64,000 nt of DNA from Antedon mediterranea (GCF_964355755.1 NC_092679.1:18707432-18771431); one strand, 5' to 3'. Shown: positions 1 through 14,160, counted from the first letter of the stretch. Numbers and translations are program-made. The notes: generated from the letters alone by a model not told the origin.

Positions 1-332
1 CATTTATCATTTTGATTTAATCTATAATAGAAATTATCATTGTATGAAATATTTATCTACTATCCACTATATACCATACTATGTAACTAGCTGTGTAATT
101 TTTTAAAAACCATACATTTATCATTTCGTTTTTTGCATGATACTGTTAAAGCTCTATTTAATCTATAAAAATTATTAATCTATTAATTCATTATTTATCT
201 AATGTAGGTCTACCAACTACTGTAACCCTGCTCTGAAACTAGTTGTTTCACTATAAAACATAAATTTATCATTTAGTGTAAATATTAGTTTAATTTAATA
301 ACAAAATACAGGGCGTCGCTATGCTTTCTAAC

Positions 333-3300
333 CTTTGTTCTTAGTGGCTCTGGGAAGCCTCCGTACGGTTGGCCTAGGTACCCTTGTAGGAATTCCACCA
401 CAGACTTGGGCAACGAGAGTTCTTCCGCTTTCGTTTCTACATCTGCAGCACTCAGTTTATTTTGTACCATGAACTGGGCAAGGTCACCAACTACCTTAGA
501 TGATGGGGTCACCTACCGAAGAAAGGTCATATTATGAGACATGACATAAAATATATTGTAAAGTATAAAATAACAACAGGATGCTGAGCTCCTAAGATCA
601 AAGGGTTTATCCGTGTCTGCGACATCAACAGTTCCACATCCCATAACATACACTGAATGCTGCGAAGAATACGTACATGGTACAGTACTGTTGCTATCTG
701 TCGCAGCCAGACCTAGATCAAAGGGCTGTTAGGAGTTCCTATCTTGGCTAGGCAAGCTCAGTGTCATGTTGTTAGATTGCCTTGATTTACAACCATTAAA
801 CATTCTCCAGAAGAGAGCAAGTAGATAGACTAGTACAGGAGTTGCATATCTTACTGTCTTATGAGCCTTTATAGGTAGTTGAGTATGTGGAAGATTGAGC
901 AGCATTCACTACTACAATGCTCAGACTTACTAAAAAAACATTCCAATAGTCAATACCTTAATAAGATCTCCCAACAACTGATTTGCTTCCACATAAGCCT
1001 TTTTGACTTCTGTGAACTGACTTCCAAGGCCTAGACTAAATGCTTGGAACTGAAGATTTGTGTACTGGCCTCCTGGAATCTCGTTCTTGTAGATATCCGC
1101 GTTGCCGCTCTTGAGTGTTGTACAACATTCAAAGGGCGCGTATAACTGCCTCGTAACCTCCCAGTATGAACTATAATCAAACACTTTATCCAGTGGGATT
1201 TCTGAAAACGTAACCAATAGATAAAATAATCCATTTATACCATACAGTGAATTGGCACACTATAATATAAACACATAAATTTGTTATAAGATATTTGTGA
1301 ACTTGCTTTGTCAGTGAAATAAACAATGTTTAACAGTGGAATTAAACTTACTTGTGTCAAGTTCTGTGTTCTCAAGAGCTGACACAACAGCTCCCATGCT
1401 AGGCTGAGATGTCAAGCCAGACATGGAATCGACGGCTACATCAACGACGTCAGCACCAGCCTGGGCTGAAGCCAACATGGCCGCTACACCAGCGCCAGCA
1501 GTATCGTGAGTGTGAATGTGAATAGGCATGTCTGGAAATTTGTCTCTCAATGACTTTACCAACAACGTGGCCGATTTCGGCTTCAATAAGCCAGCCATAT
1601 CCTATGAAATTATAGATTCAAAATTATTATTATTAGTTTTATAGTCTTTAGAGTGGCAATGCGATGGTTATATACTAATAATAATAATGAACAAGCACAT
1701 TCTTACTTTGATACAGAGAATGTGTGTTCCCATGGCTACAAGTTCAGTGGCCAGGTCCATATAATAATCTAAAGTGTACTTCGACTTCATTGGGTCAGAC
1801 ACATCACCACTGTACGATATTGCCGCTTGAACAACGCCCCCAGACTGGCCAGCGGCTTCCATGCCAAGCTTCATGTTCGGCACGTAGTTGAGACAATCAA
1901 AAACACGGAAAATGTCCATGCCGTTCTTATGAGCTAATTCACAAAATCTAAACAAAACATTAAATTCATTTTTAATTTAAACAATTATGCACTTTATCTC
2001 GAGAACTAGCATATGGATGAAGAAAAAGTGTTGCCATTTTTCAATTCGATATTAAACGTATGAAAGCCTAACAGCATTAACATAAGAAGCAGAAAACGTG
2101 TATTGGTTGTAGCAAGTCTTCTCATTTTTGCAGAATGTAACTGGTTACTCAAGTTTATAATGGTATAAACTTGGATCTCGAGTACACCAGCTGTGAATAC
2201 TGATAGTCAATGACGGCCATGTGTCTTTAGAAGAAAACAGCTACAAGAACAGTGACAAACTTACTTAAATACAACATTATCTGGATAACTTGTGTAACCA
2301 ACAGCGTTAGCACCACGTAGTAACATCTGGAATGGAATGTTTGGAATTTGGCTCCGCATGGATTGTAGTCTTTCCCACGGGCACTCATGTAGAAAGCGCA
2401 TGGCAACGTCAAACGTAGCTCCTGAAAAGCGATACATATTCCAAAACAACTATATTCTTATTGGGTTACATTTTTTCCAAAGATTTAAATTACAATAAGG
2501 ATAGGTGATCTGATAGAATTTCTTGAAACCCAGATATGGCACTCTCTCTTTCAATAAATGTAAAAACAAATAATACAGTATGTGTAAATAAACAACCTAC
2601 CTCCCCAATTTTCAACACTAAATAAGTTATTAAAATTCTGCGACACAAATGGAGAGATGTTGAGAAGATCATGTGTTCGCACTCTGGTTGCCAATAGGGA
2701 CTGATGAGCATCTCGGAATGTTGTGTCCATAAGGAGTAATCCTTTGTGTTGCCTTACAGCCTTGGCGAAGGCTTCTGGACCCTCCTTTAGAAGGATGTCA
2801 CGGAACCCTGCAGGAGCTGGTTTGTCTGCAAGAAAGATAAGTGTTACCAAAGCTTTCAAGACAGTTGGGGAAATGACAAAATTCTTACATTGTCATGATA
2901 TCAATAATTTAGAAATCTTAACAAAACCTTTCCCAGTTATAATGGTGTAGCAAATTTATTTGTGGTAAATTGTACAGATAAGAGCATCCACCTCTTTTGC
3001 TTATTTTACATGGATAACATAGACTGGTAGAATGCTATTTAATTACCGAATGGTACTTCTGGTATTGGTGGCGTTACATCTGCTGGCAGAAGATCTGTAG
3101 CTAATGGAGTTGATGGTCCGTTGACCTTTAAGTGACCGAAGTAATGCAAGAGCTTCTGAGCTCGATTCTGACTTGGAAAGATGTCATGTAGAAGATCAGG
3201 GTTGTCATCTATGAAGTGCGTGTCTACGAGACCGGAGCGGAACTTTTTATGAGTCAAGACATTCTTTAGAAATGGAATGTTAGTCTACAGAACAAAGAAA

Positions 3301-6300
3301 ATTAATATTAGTTTTTCAAAAACAGATAAAGAAATTCAAACGTGTTATTTGAATTGGAAACTTAACACGAGAAATTTTGAAAGAAGAAAGATTATGTCTA
3401 TGTCTATGTCTATTACTGGTTACCTTTACTCCTCGGATTCTAAACTCTGAAAGCGCCCTCTGCATCTTGTCAGAGGCTGATTGATGATCTTGTGCATGAG
3501 CAATAATCTTCACAAGTAAGGAGTCATAATGGGGTGATACAATGGCACCAGCAAAGGCTGATGCGCTATCAATTCTAATGCCCATACCTTCACCACTTCG
3601 ATAAACCTGCAGAGGAGAGAGAACAAAAAAGATTAAAAGGAATTACAGTACTAACTCTAGTGCATGGAAAAGTTGATATCCGACTTCAAGATAGATCTAT
3701 GGATGTATTACTTTACCTCTAGTCTGCCTGTGTCTGGCTGGAACCCCTTTGCTGGATCCTCTGTCGTGATTCTGCATTGAATAGCACTTCCACGAACTAA
3801 CATATTCTCTTGAGTGATGCCAAGATCTGGCAAAGAACGACCTTCTGCCACGTGGATCTGAGACTGCACAAGGTCAATTCTAAAGAGATAAACCAATCGT
3901 AATAAAGTTCACACGTCTTGAAACAAGACATTTGACTGGAAAACAAGAGAAGATTTGTACCATAATGGATTCATTTCCATATGGCGCTTATATAACTATT
4001 TCAAAGCCAATTCGATAAGTCACATACTGTACAACAATTTGTGGTCTCTTTGTGTCGAATGCCACCACTAACATCGTTCATTAGTCTCTTCACAAAATGG
4101 TCAATTAAGTTATCTTAACATAATATTATTATTTATATTATATTTATTATTATATCTAAACCTTATATTTTATATTTTCAAAGCAAATCGAATTATAACA
4201 TATAACAATTCTAGAAGCAATCATGATAGTTCCAAAATCTGGTTTCAGGGCAAAGCTGGCAACACCAGCTTTTATTTTAAATGCAAAAATGGTTGTTAAA
4301 GATATACTTTACCCTGTAACCTCCTCAGTGACGGTATGTTCCACTTGTAGCCTAGCATTAACTTCTATGAAGTAATGTTTACCATGCTCGTCAACCAGAA
4401 ACTCCACTGTGCCTGCATTCTCATAGCCAACATGCTGGGCAAGCTTGATTGCATCGGAAGTCATGCGATCACGTAGTGCCACATCTAACTCTGGGGCAGG
4501 TGCGATTTCAACAACCTTCTGGTGTCTACGCTGGACAGAGCAGTCTCGTTCGTAGAGATGGACAATGTTACCAACACTATCCCCTTAAATGATTAATGAT
4601 GAAGTATTTAGTGGCTTCAGTTTAATCATTATAAAGTCATTTACAGTAGCACCCCTATCAGAGGACAAACAAAGTATAATAGGGGTATCTCATGAATAGG
4701 GCTTCGTCTTAATAGGAGACCTACTAGATAGTGATTAAGATCTCTTTTTAAGAATTCCGTCTCTGCCTGGTTATGTGTGTTGTTTATTCTTGTTCTTAGT
4801 CCACGTTTTATATTTTTATGGAGACAAAATAAATGAAAAAAAAAACATAATATCGCATTATACTCATTTAAAAGGAAGGTGTCCGCTTAATAGGGGTGTC
4901 CCAAAGGAGAGATTCTACAGTCCAAAGTAGTAGTTCCAAACATCTGAATAAAATACACTAATGTGAACCATTACGTGTACAGCCCCATTAGAGAATGTGT
5001 TCATTTTTACCCGAAGTTTTGAAAAACTTCGGGTAAATGTCACTTAACCTCCTAATGTAACATGTGTTTATATAAGCCCAACTTTGATAGGCAGGTCGTT
5101 AAACCTTTTGATCATCATCAAATTCTGCTAGTTTTTGCCTGACCATTGACCTTGCATACTGAAGAATGTACCTTGTCCTAATCAATCAATTACAAGAGAG
5201 CTAATAAAATCACAGGGGTATAATAGGATTCAGGTAATTAATCACCTGCTTAGATGATTTATCTGATAAGGATTTTGACCAAAAAGTTCTAATGGGGATG
5301 TACACCTAATGTGAACAATACCTAAGATTTGTACTTCTATGTGCCTTGGCCGTTCTATAAACCTTTCAATAAAGAGTGAACCATCCCCAAATGCTGCTTT
5401 TGCTTCTGATGTCGCTCGGTTGAAATTTTCTTCTAATTCCTGCGAAAGTAGAAAAAAACACATCAAGTTTGACGATTGTGAGATATTAGTGTGTATTTAA
5501 TAAAACAGTAGATTTATGATGTTGAGTTGTTTTATTTATATCTTTAACTGTTCTCTTAGCAATGTTAAACTATATAGTACTCATGTAACTATGTTTTTAA
5601 TCAATATTTTTTCCCCATTCTTTCAGAATTTAAGAGGGTCCTATTTTTGCGCATTCTGTATCTACTTACAGACACTGATTTAACAACTCTCATGCCACGC
5701 CCACCACCTCCGTAAGCTGCCTTAAATATTATAGGCATTCCATGTTCTTCGCAGAAAGCCTTAGCCTCCTGTAAGGATGAAACTGGGCCATCAGTTCCAG
5801 CAACAACTGGCACACCTGTAATGAAACAATGTACAAGTATTTGTTATCTGGATTCAGAAAAATTATTATGCAACGGTAACCTCAATAAAAAAGTGTGGGT
5901 ATGCATTGATTCCAATACAAAACACTGTAGTAACAGAATTAGAAATACATACTGTACTACACTAATTAAGCAACTGTATTAACATAATGTTACACCAATC
6001 AAAGCAATCTAACAACAGGACACTGAGCTCGCCTTGCCAAGATAGGAACTAATAACAGTCCTTTGATCTTATGTCTGGCTGCGACAAATACTATATTCTC
6101 CGCATTGCGCGGTGTCTGTTAAGGGTTGTCGCAGCCACAGATAAACCCTTTGATCTCCGAAGCTCAGCATCCTGTTGTTAGGCTGCCTTGTACCAACATA
6201 CCTGCCGATATTGCAATAGCCCTGGCTTCCACTTTATCTCCCATCTGATGTACCACTTTAGGTGATGGCCCAATGAACTTAATTCCAGCATCAAGGCAAG

Positions 6301-7428
6301 CCTGGGCAAAGTCTGCTCTCTCTGATAGGAATCCGTATCCAGGGTGCACAGCATCCACTCCATTTTCCTGAAAATAACATGGTAAAAAATGTTACATTAA
6401 CATAAGGTTGTTCACACCATTTTCTGTTTCTGTTGAAAAAAACAGTAGAATGCTTCATTTAGGACATCCCTCTTAAGGGTACACTTTCCAGTGAAACAAA
6501 CAGCCCATATTAAAAGAACAATGGGCCAGCCCTTATGAATTGAACAATGGGCCAGCCCCTTTGAAATGATCAATGGGCCAGCCCCTATGAATTGAACAAT
6601 GAGCCAGCCCCTTTGAAATGATCAATGGGCCAGCCCCTATTCAAGTAAGAACTCTATTAGGTGAAAGCTCTAATTCAGTACCCATTTACATTCATGGGTG
6701 AAACAAAAAATCAAATGTTAGTGCCACTTACTTGGCATATACGAATGATTTCCGGTATAGCAAGGTACGCCTGTACAGGTGGTAACCCATGACCTATTAA
6801 GTATGCTTCATCTGCCTTGCCTCTGTGCATATGCTGTTTGTCCTGCTCAGAGTATACTGCCACTGTTCGGATGCCTAGCTCTGTGCATGCTCTGAACACA
6901 CGGATAGCTATCTCGCCTGTATACAAACACATGTATGAGAATATGAAAATTGTCAAAGATAGCATTGTTAGCAATAGATATAATGTAGAAAACCTCCTTT
7001 GGTACACCTTTATTCAGGGGTGGAGACACCCCTATTAAGACTACACTTTCTTGTAAAAAGGGGATGTTTTAAATCTACGGCCAACCACTATTCAGGGGAC
7101 ACTGTTTTTGTCCTCTTATTAGAGATTGTGCTGTACAAAGTTAATGGTTAATGACAGATTACTATATATAGAAAATAACTTATATAGATGATTACAGTAT
7201 ACAGTATTCATGCAAATAAATCAGATAACTATATTTTAATTTCATCTTTGGCATCTTACCTCTGTTTGCAACTAAAACCTTTTCAATTGGCTTAGACTCA
7301 ACATTGTGCTCTGCACTTAGCGTTGAGTATTTATCTGTGTGCGTGAAGCGGACTTGAGATGCGCATGGTAGAGCAGGCCTGTGTAGTCTATTGACCAACG
7401 ATTTTATGCCTAATGGCAATCTCTGCAT
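333..7428 (-). CDS. PC: Pyruvate carboxylase, mitochondrial; 3' end beyond window start
   Basis: Coding exons (minus): 7260-7428, 6732-6916, 6202-6367, 5670-5815, 5322-5439, 4313-4583, 3717-3879, 3424-3606, 3047-3284, 2601-2825, 2265-2421, 1707-1947, 1352-1601, 957-1201, 333-512. All introns are GT-AG with consistent phases. Biotin carboxylase motifs: [39 protein letters not shown]. Carboxyltransferase motifs: [32 protein letters not shown]. The Arg-rich N-terminus resembles a mitochondrial presequence. Confidence 0.97.
571..780. mobile_element. MITE-like element in a PC intron (family C)
   Basis: Terminal inverted repeats taacaacagga..ctgagct / agctcag..tgttgtta. It is a reverse-complement copy of 6004-6181. 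Confidence 0.7.
6004..6181. mobile_element. MITE-like element in a PC intron (family C, opposite orientation)
   Basis: Shares TIRs and internal blocks (gatcaaaggg, tgtcgcagcc, cctatcttggc) with 571-780, in inverted orientation. Confidence 0.7.
6516..6640. repeat. Minisatellite, ~23-bp unit (tgaacaatgggccagcccc), about 5 copies
   Basis: Tandem units are directly visible in PC intron 2. Confidence 0.85.
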
Positions 7429-8732
7429 GATGCATTAACACTGAAAGAAATATTGGAAAACGTTATTGTCAAATTCTCGTATTGTAATGAAGATATGGAC
7501 ATACCGATGTTTTCACCGTGGGTCTAAATAGTTTTATAAAAAGAGGGTACCTGTTCATAAAATAATTAGACAAAAGAGTGATGTAATATTAAATCAAATA
7601 TTGCATGAATATCCATATCATTTTATCTACAGTAAAATCTCATCTCAATCTCCGTCTCATCAACCCCCCCCCCCCCCACCACCCCACCTTATATAGTACA
7701 ATAAGGTTCATAACAAATGTTCTGAATCCATAGAGGCACATTTTTATTGAATTTTAAAGATGTATCGTCCCTCAAAAACATGAAAAATGAAGATTAATTA
7801 AATTAGACTTTGAATAGGTTATTTTGTAGTTTTAATAAAGTTAATCACTTTCGTAGAAAAAATGTTTTCCCTTTAAAAAAAAGACAAAATAAATGGGTAA
7901 ATTCAACCAACAATCCATTGGCTGGCAGCCAATTTCACTAAATTACAGTTTTTTCAGGTAAATAAATTTGCTTTCGATCTAATTTTTGGTCAAAGTGGAT
8001 AACTATTGTGACACATTAAAATGGCATATTCAACAGAAAAATAATTATTTTTTCAGGATGACAAAACATCTTTAATACAAGATAATCCCACCTTCCTACT
8101 ACCCCTGCATTAAATCATAATGCATAACAACACACGGCTTTGTTTATGATGAAGTATACATGATATGAACGCATAACCAAGAAAATCGTTATTATGTAAC
8201 ATACGGTAGTAGTATAACCTCAATCTCTTCAAAATGTCAAAATCGAGAAAAACATCAGAAACAGTATGTTTGTGTTAAAAAGATATTTAGAAAGACTAAA
8301 AAACAATCATCATATTATAATTCATCTACCTTCAATTTATCAATAATTACCAGTCAAAAATATTGAAAACAATACATCTGGTTATTAATGCTCTTAGCAA
8401 AATAATCAAAGATTAATGTAAATGAATTCATACGATATCCAATAGACGATTCAGTACGTGCATTTGGGAACGTATGCCTCTTAAAATCCAATTATGAATC
8501 AATGCGTTTGCAGCAGATGGTTTAAGGTTTCACAATCAGCTTTGATGAATTCTGAACTTTCAAATATTACTGAATATATTACCCAAAATCTGTTATCAGT
8601 GTGTGCGATACTGTACATTCAAATACATCATTTGGGTTAAAAACGACTGTTAAAATTAAGTAAAAATTTTACTGAATTAATTCATTCCCATTGCCACCTC
8701 CCCAACCACACATATTTTGGAATGTCATCTAA

Positions 8733-8883
8733 AGGTCTGTCTACACTATCAAACGAGTTTGACAACAAAATGTTCCCAAATATGGTAGTGATATGCTTAA
8801 ATATGGTAGTGATTTGACATTAGCATATCCATATGGGCACATCACATTTTTTGTCACATAAAGTTTGATAGTGTAGACAGAGT
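8733..8883. mobile_element. PIF/Harbinger-type MITE, family A
   Basis: TIR tctgtctacactatcaaac...gtttgatagtgtagacaga with internal catatttgggca-type subrepeats. Confidence 0.85.
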
Positions 8884-10529
8884 TTTACTCATATTTTGAA
8901 TTCACACAGCAAATGAGTTTTATTCCTTCTTGACCAAACAGAAACAGGCTTTGATGTTTGTTATTGTCATTGTGGACAAAAGTGTATATATCTAGGCCAC
9001 TGTTATTAATTATACACAAAAGGATATTGTTAATTTTAAATATCCACAGGTCAAGGTGCTCTACCAACTATAGTAATCCAGGTCAGCCTATTAAACATAA
9101 ACAATACTTTTGACTTTTTCATTTGTTTTGGCCTGAAGTCCTTGTTTAAAATGCCAACTCATTGTGATTACAACAAAACCATCTGAAACTATATACTATA
9201 CTATATTAACTATACTTCTTTACTGAAAATTTTAATCAAAATCATATCACATTTATATTATAGAGATTAGATTACAAGCCTTAAATTGTTCACATTTTGA
9301 GTGGAGTTATCAAAGTGAAGTTTCAAAAGAACTATTGGGCCCTATCAACACATTGTGTCTAACTATAGTCTACTAGTATTGCATTTTGTGCATATATCTC
9401 ACAACTTTGCAAATTACAAAAACAAATTCTAAGACGGTATTTATTATAGACTTGCCCCAAATCTGTACAGTATATTAATTAGTCTTTTTTATCAACCAGT
9501 CTGTGTTTCGATTTTTTGTATGGAAAAGCTCAAGTATTATAAGTATGAAATACCATGTGAGCTTTTTACCAATATCAGAGATATTATCTCTACTGTATGT
9601 GAATATTAAGTTAAAATAGATAATATTTATTATAGCATATAACGTACAACAAGGGGAATTGCATATTGTTTGCCAGATGATAATTCCCTGGTTAATCCAA
9701 CTTTTAAAACAAAATTGGAAGAAAACCCAAAAGACAATTAAATAAATTGGTATCAGCAGGGAGTTGTAACTCCCTGGTATTGGATTCAGACAACATCGTA
9801 AGGTGTTCTAAATGGGTTGGGCGGGCCTAAATTCAGTGAACCGTGACCAATGGGAAATGAAGTAGAATCGGCAAAACCTTTGAGTGTAAACACACTGGAT
9901 CTGATCTGACCCAAACAATTAAACTTGACCGGTCCTGGAGCAATCAATGACCGGTCCAGGAGCGCAACATTAGCATACATTGATGGTGGTCAAAGAATCC
10001 TACACATAATTTCTTTCTACTTCTAATACTAATTGCATACCAGTCAATATGCTGCAACAGCTGTTTTATGTTAACCTTAACACACACATTGCAATATCAA
10101 TCAAATATCCCAGTTACAGTATATTTAAACCATTTTAAAAACATTGTCTATCATTTTAAAATAAAAACTATCAAGCAATACTCACTGTAGTACCAACTGT
10201 ACTCAACATACACAAAATGCCCTTTCAGAACAGAGTTCACAAGACATAAATAACTCTTCAGAGAGAGAATAATTTGCATATAATTATACTGTACTTTGCT
10301 TGAGTGTTTGATTTAGAGACACACCTCCCACACACCTCATTTATCAACCAATCAATGCTTCAGAAATTGATGATGCAATATTTATAATAACAAAATATAG
10401 GCCATTCTCAAAGTCATTGACAAAGTCAAATTGTGATACAGACAGTAAAGCTGTTTATGGGAAATCAAATAAGTACAATAATACAGGTTTGAATGATACC
10501 GAGATAAAAAGGAGAATTGCAAAAATCAC

Positions 10530-10600
10530 TAGTGGTCTAATGGAATGGCATCCGTATATCAAACATATGAAGCCATAGTTCGATCCTCGGTTAGGGTCAT
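10530..10600 (+). mobile_element. Degenerate tRNA-derived SINE head or tRNA pseudogene
   Basis: A-box-like tagtggtctaatgg and B-box-like gttcgatcc; no intact cloverleaf. Confidence 0.45.
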
Positions 10601-10995
10601 TCTTAATCTTGCATTCCCTCAATTTTTTTACATAAATTTTTATTTATTTTTAGCATTGGTTTTTAATGGTTTAGTAGCTTTTAAGAAAAAATAGTACGTC
10701 AGTACAATATGTCAAAATGTCAGTAAGTTATATTTCTAAATTTAATTTTAGAATAGACAAAACTGTAGTCAAAGAATACAACACAAGAAATAGAAAAGAT
10801 TTTCGAATACTATCCATAATTCAATTATAATTAATCTTATTAGGAAATAATATGACTAGGTGTGTTAAATAACTTTGGAAGTACAATTCTTCATGGTTAA
10901 TTATAACAAAAATACATCAATATATTAACACATTCATTTTTGTAACCGATAATACATACACATTTTGTTATTGATTTTATCAAATTTATGAATAA

Positions 10996-11135
10996 AGCTC
11001 TGTCTACACTATAAAACTTTATGTGAAAAAAATGTGCCCATATATAGACATGATGATGTCACATAACTACCATATTTGGGCATACCACTACCATATTTGG
11101 GCACATCACACTAGTTTGATAGTGTAGACAGAGCT
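10996..11135. mobile_element. PIF/Harbinger-type MITE, family A
   Basis: agctctgtctacactat...atagtgtagacagagct, flanked by TAA and TTA. Confidence 0.88.
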
Positions 11136-12627
11136 TTACCTATATAAATAATTTGATAACTTCAGTTGTTATTACCTTAATGCACTGCAAAATGTATGCT
11201 TTATTGCAATTCATTCTCATACAAAACCCATTTGAAATTATCAGCCTTTAGGAATAGTGGGATTTGTACTAAGTACATTAAGTCAAGTCTGACGCAAGCA
11301 CGCCTTATCTATTATTCATACATCATCGTCTTCTCTAGACTCCATGTATCTTTAATATGTTGAGAGTATAGTAGTCCTGTTTAACATTAAGCTCAACAAT
11401 AATATCATATAGTGGTAATGGTTATAATAGCTTATGTTACACAAATTTCCATATATTAATATCATTATAATTGCTATGTACTTTACAGCATTATGAAACC
11501 CAAAATGCTAATTAATAAATTGGAGTGATTCTGGTTTAATTACACTTTAATCAAACCTGCGTTGTGTATCAATATTGATCATGTAAAAGGTCACCGAATT
11601 CCACAGTCTAGCTCCAATAAGTTCTAGTGGGCAAATTAAGAATTAATCTACAAAATTAACATATTGTTTTTGGCTTGTGACAGTCTGATAGTCTGGTTTG
11701 ATTGAATTTAAATATTGTTTCAAATATTGAAATGTATACAGGTAGTAATATTATAAAGACTGTTAATACAAATATATCTAAATTACTTAAAATAGGTTTT
11801 TTTTAGTACACTAGCAGGACCGGAATTATTGGTCTTACTACAGTACATCGGTTGAGGATACACAGTACAGAGTAGTATAGTACAGGTAACCTACTATTTA
11901 CTAAGCAGAGAGAAGAGGTAATTAATGCGCTTGAATGCCTGTTCAGCTTTTTGTAAAAATGTTGCCATGCGACGTGGTTGATTGAAGAGTTGTTGTGTTG
12001 TCCGTGCCATCTCTAGTCTAACTTTTCTACTCCACATCCAAAGTTGGAGTGCCAATGTATTTGCATGTTGGCCTAGCATCCTGGCTGGTCTACACAGTAG
12101 CAATCGTCAATGATTTATGATGGGTAAATTGAATAAAACAAATAATTAATGTTTTGTATTCGTTGAATGGAGAGAGAATAGATAGGCCTATATCATTATT
12201 CGATGAAGAATTGACTGTTTTATTTTCAACTCGGCTCTGAACTCATGATTGAATATTCTGGGCATCCAACTCATACAAAACTACACAAAACAAGTCTAGG
12301 CCAGCTACACTACAATAAGGCCTAGTTTATTTTAATGCGTTCATCTATCCAGCCAGGCAGGGGCCACACAAGCAGGCCGACTAGTACTATTAATTATTAC
12401 TACTAAATCTATACTAACTAGTACTAAGCCTGACTAACTAAGGCCTAGCTACAGTCCTACTAGCTAGGCTAGTCTATTACTATTACTAATACTCTGGGCC
12501 TAGGCTAGCTTCTATTATTATTAATATTATTATCATGGCGACAGTAAACTCAACTGTATGAAAAAAAGAACGTTTATAATATTTGACATATAATACTGTT
12601 GTGTATAGACATTTTATTGTTCATTAC

Positions 12628-12800
12628 CTTCTCAAAGAAGCAAACAACGAATTATCATCAGCAGCAAACACAAACAGCACGCACTTCCTGTGTGTTTGTA
12701 TTGATGATGTACAGTACTGTGTGTGAAGAGGGAAGAAACATTCACGTGTCGCGTGGTGGGAGCAATGAAGCATAGAGAGAGCACATGCAGCATGCAGCAG
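12628..12800 (-). other. Putative non-coding first exon of PC
   Basis: Donor AG|gtaatg at 12627 in a locally GC-richer island with an ETS motif (cacttcctg) and an E-box (cacgtg). The PC ATG exon starts with a splice acceptor at 7441, so an upstream UTR exon is required. The upstream boundary is a guess. Confidence 0.45.
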
Positions 12801-13136
12801 CAGCAGCACAATTAATAAACAATATATACTAGCGCCCTCTTTATTATAAGTACGATATAATATCCACATAATATAATGGAACAATCCATGTCAGGGCTTG
12901 TAATAAAAAAAAATTTCATAAATCTAAAATCAACTACTTTTGACTTCCAGACAATGGACTTCCGGATGACTATTTATACAAAGACACTGCACTAATTAAC
13001 AACTTGTTAAACATTATCTGATCCACAATCAAATCTTATGAGTCGACCCACGCCGATATAGAATCGAATGTACCATTATACTTCATGGTAAAAGTATAGT
13101 TCAAAATGGAATGTTCCAGTAATTTCAGGTGGGGCC

Positions 13137-13147
13137 GGGAATTTCCC
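13137..13147. promoter_or_regulatory. NF-kB site GGGAATTTCCC
   Basis: Exact match to the GGGRNWYYCC consensus, just upstream of the putative TRAF first exon. Confidence 0.65.
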
Positions 13148-13199
13148 GATTTATTTATAGGCATAACGCGTTGTATTTATACTAAAAATGTAAGGTATC

Positions 13200-13317
13200 C
13201 GTTGAGTTCATTCATTTAAAACTACAGAACGTTGTCATACTAACGGACAAGTTGTTAGATACCGATTTATCTTCATTTCAACCTAACCTGCAAAACACAT
13301 TCCTGCTATTTTTAAAG
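13200..13317 (+). other. Putative non-coding first exon of the TRAF gene
   Basis: Donor AAG|gtaggc at 13318. The TRAF ATG exon begins with an acceptor (ttgtag|15315). The start is approximate. Confidence 0.4.
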
Positions 13318-13937
13318 GTAGGCCTATGTTTTATGTAAAATGTTTTTATAACCAGGGAAGATATGTGTAATAAATATATTTTCATGGACTTGGTCATATT
13401 CTTTTATATTCGTATAATATTGTTTGTATGTTTAAATGTGTTTTTGATATGTAGTGTACATAAAGCAAATTTCGGATATTTTATATTGGACAAACAATTA
13501 AGCACATTCACGACGAGTGAAATTAATGTGTAATGTTGCGTTCAAATAATTAATCTATTATTTTACAAAAATCATTGAAAGCTATTGGTTTTTATTATTA
13601 TAAATTAAATGTATTTATTTATCTATAAATTGTATTATTTTATATAAATTACATTTAATTGCAACATGCGGGGCTATTTAATTCTATAACAGTGCTGCTA
13701 TAAAAAAGAAGTTCAAATCATGATCATCAATTTTACTTTCTGTTACCTACCTGCTAACCATCAATTTGAGTAACGATACTAAACTAATAAATAGCCATAT
13801 TCTAGGCATATTTGTATAACATTGTTTTTTTAGTGTACTGTATAAGCAAAATATTAAAGCATTTCAAAAATGTTAGGGTCCGGCGTCGCACTGGCAGTGT
13901 AGATAGTAGTGAGACATTCCGGCACCACCCCTCTTCT

Positions 13938-13947
13938 GGGAATTTCC
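13938..13947. promoter_or_regulatory. NF-kB site GGGAATTTCC
   Basis: Second exact kB consensus. An AP-1 site (TGAGTCA) lies at 14059-14065 and a possible alternative donor G|gtaaga at 14092. Confidence 0.6.
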
Positions 13948-14136
13948 AAATCGCACCATCTCACTCTCAATGTCAAAGTGTTGTGTAACATGAATATTTA
14001 CCAATACTGATATTATTACTCAATATTATCTCAAATCTCATCACCTGACAATTTTGTTTGAGTCACGATTTGAAATCGTAATGTAAACGGGGTAAGACTC
14101 ACCCACTTTAAACCTGAACCAAAGTCCAATATCAAG

Positions 14137-14160
14137 CATGGAGGTATTTATACCTCCGTG
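14137..14160. mobile_element. 24-bp palindrome with 7-bp TSD (probable P-superfamily footprint)
   Basis: TATCAAG-catggaggtatttatacctccgtg-TATCAAG. Confidence 0.7.

Noticed and set aside
10530-10600. Functional tRNA gene
   Set aside because: A and B boxes are present, but the acceptor and anticodon stems do not pair; it is SINE-like.
11894-12103. 69-aa ORF in the PC 5' intron
   Set aside because: Non-ATG start, no recognisable motif and no convincing splice sites.
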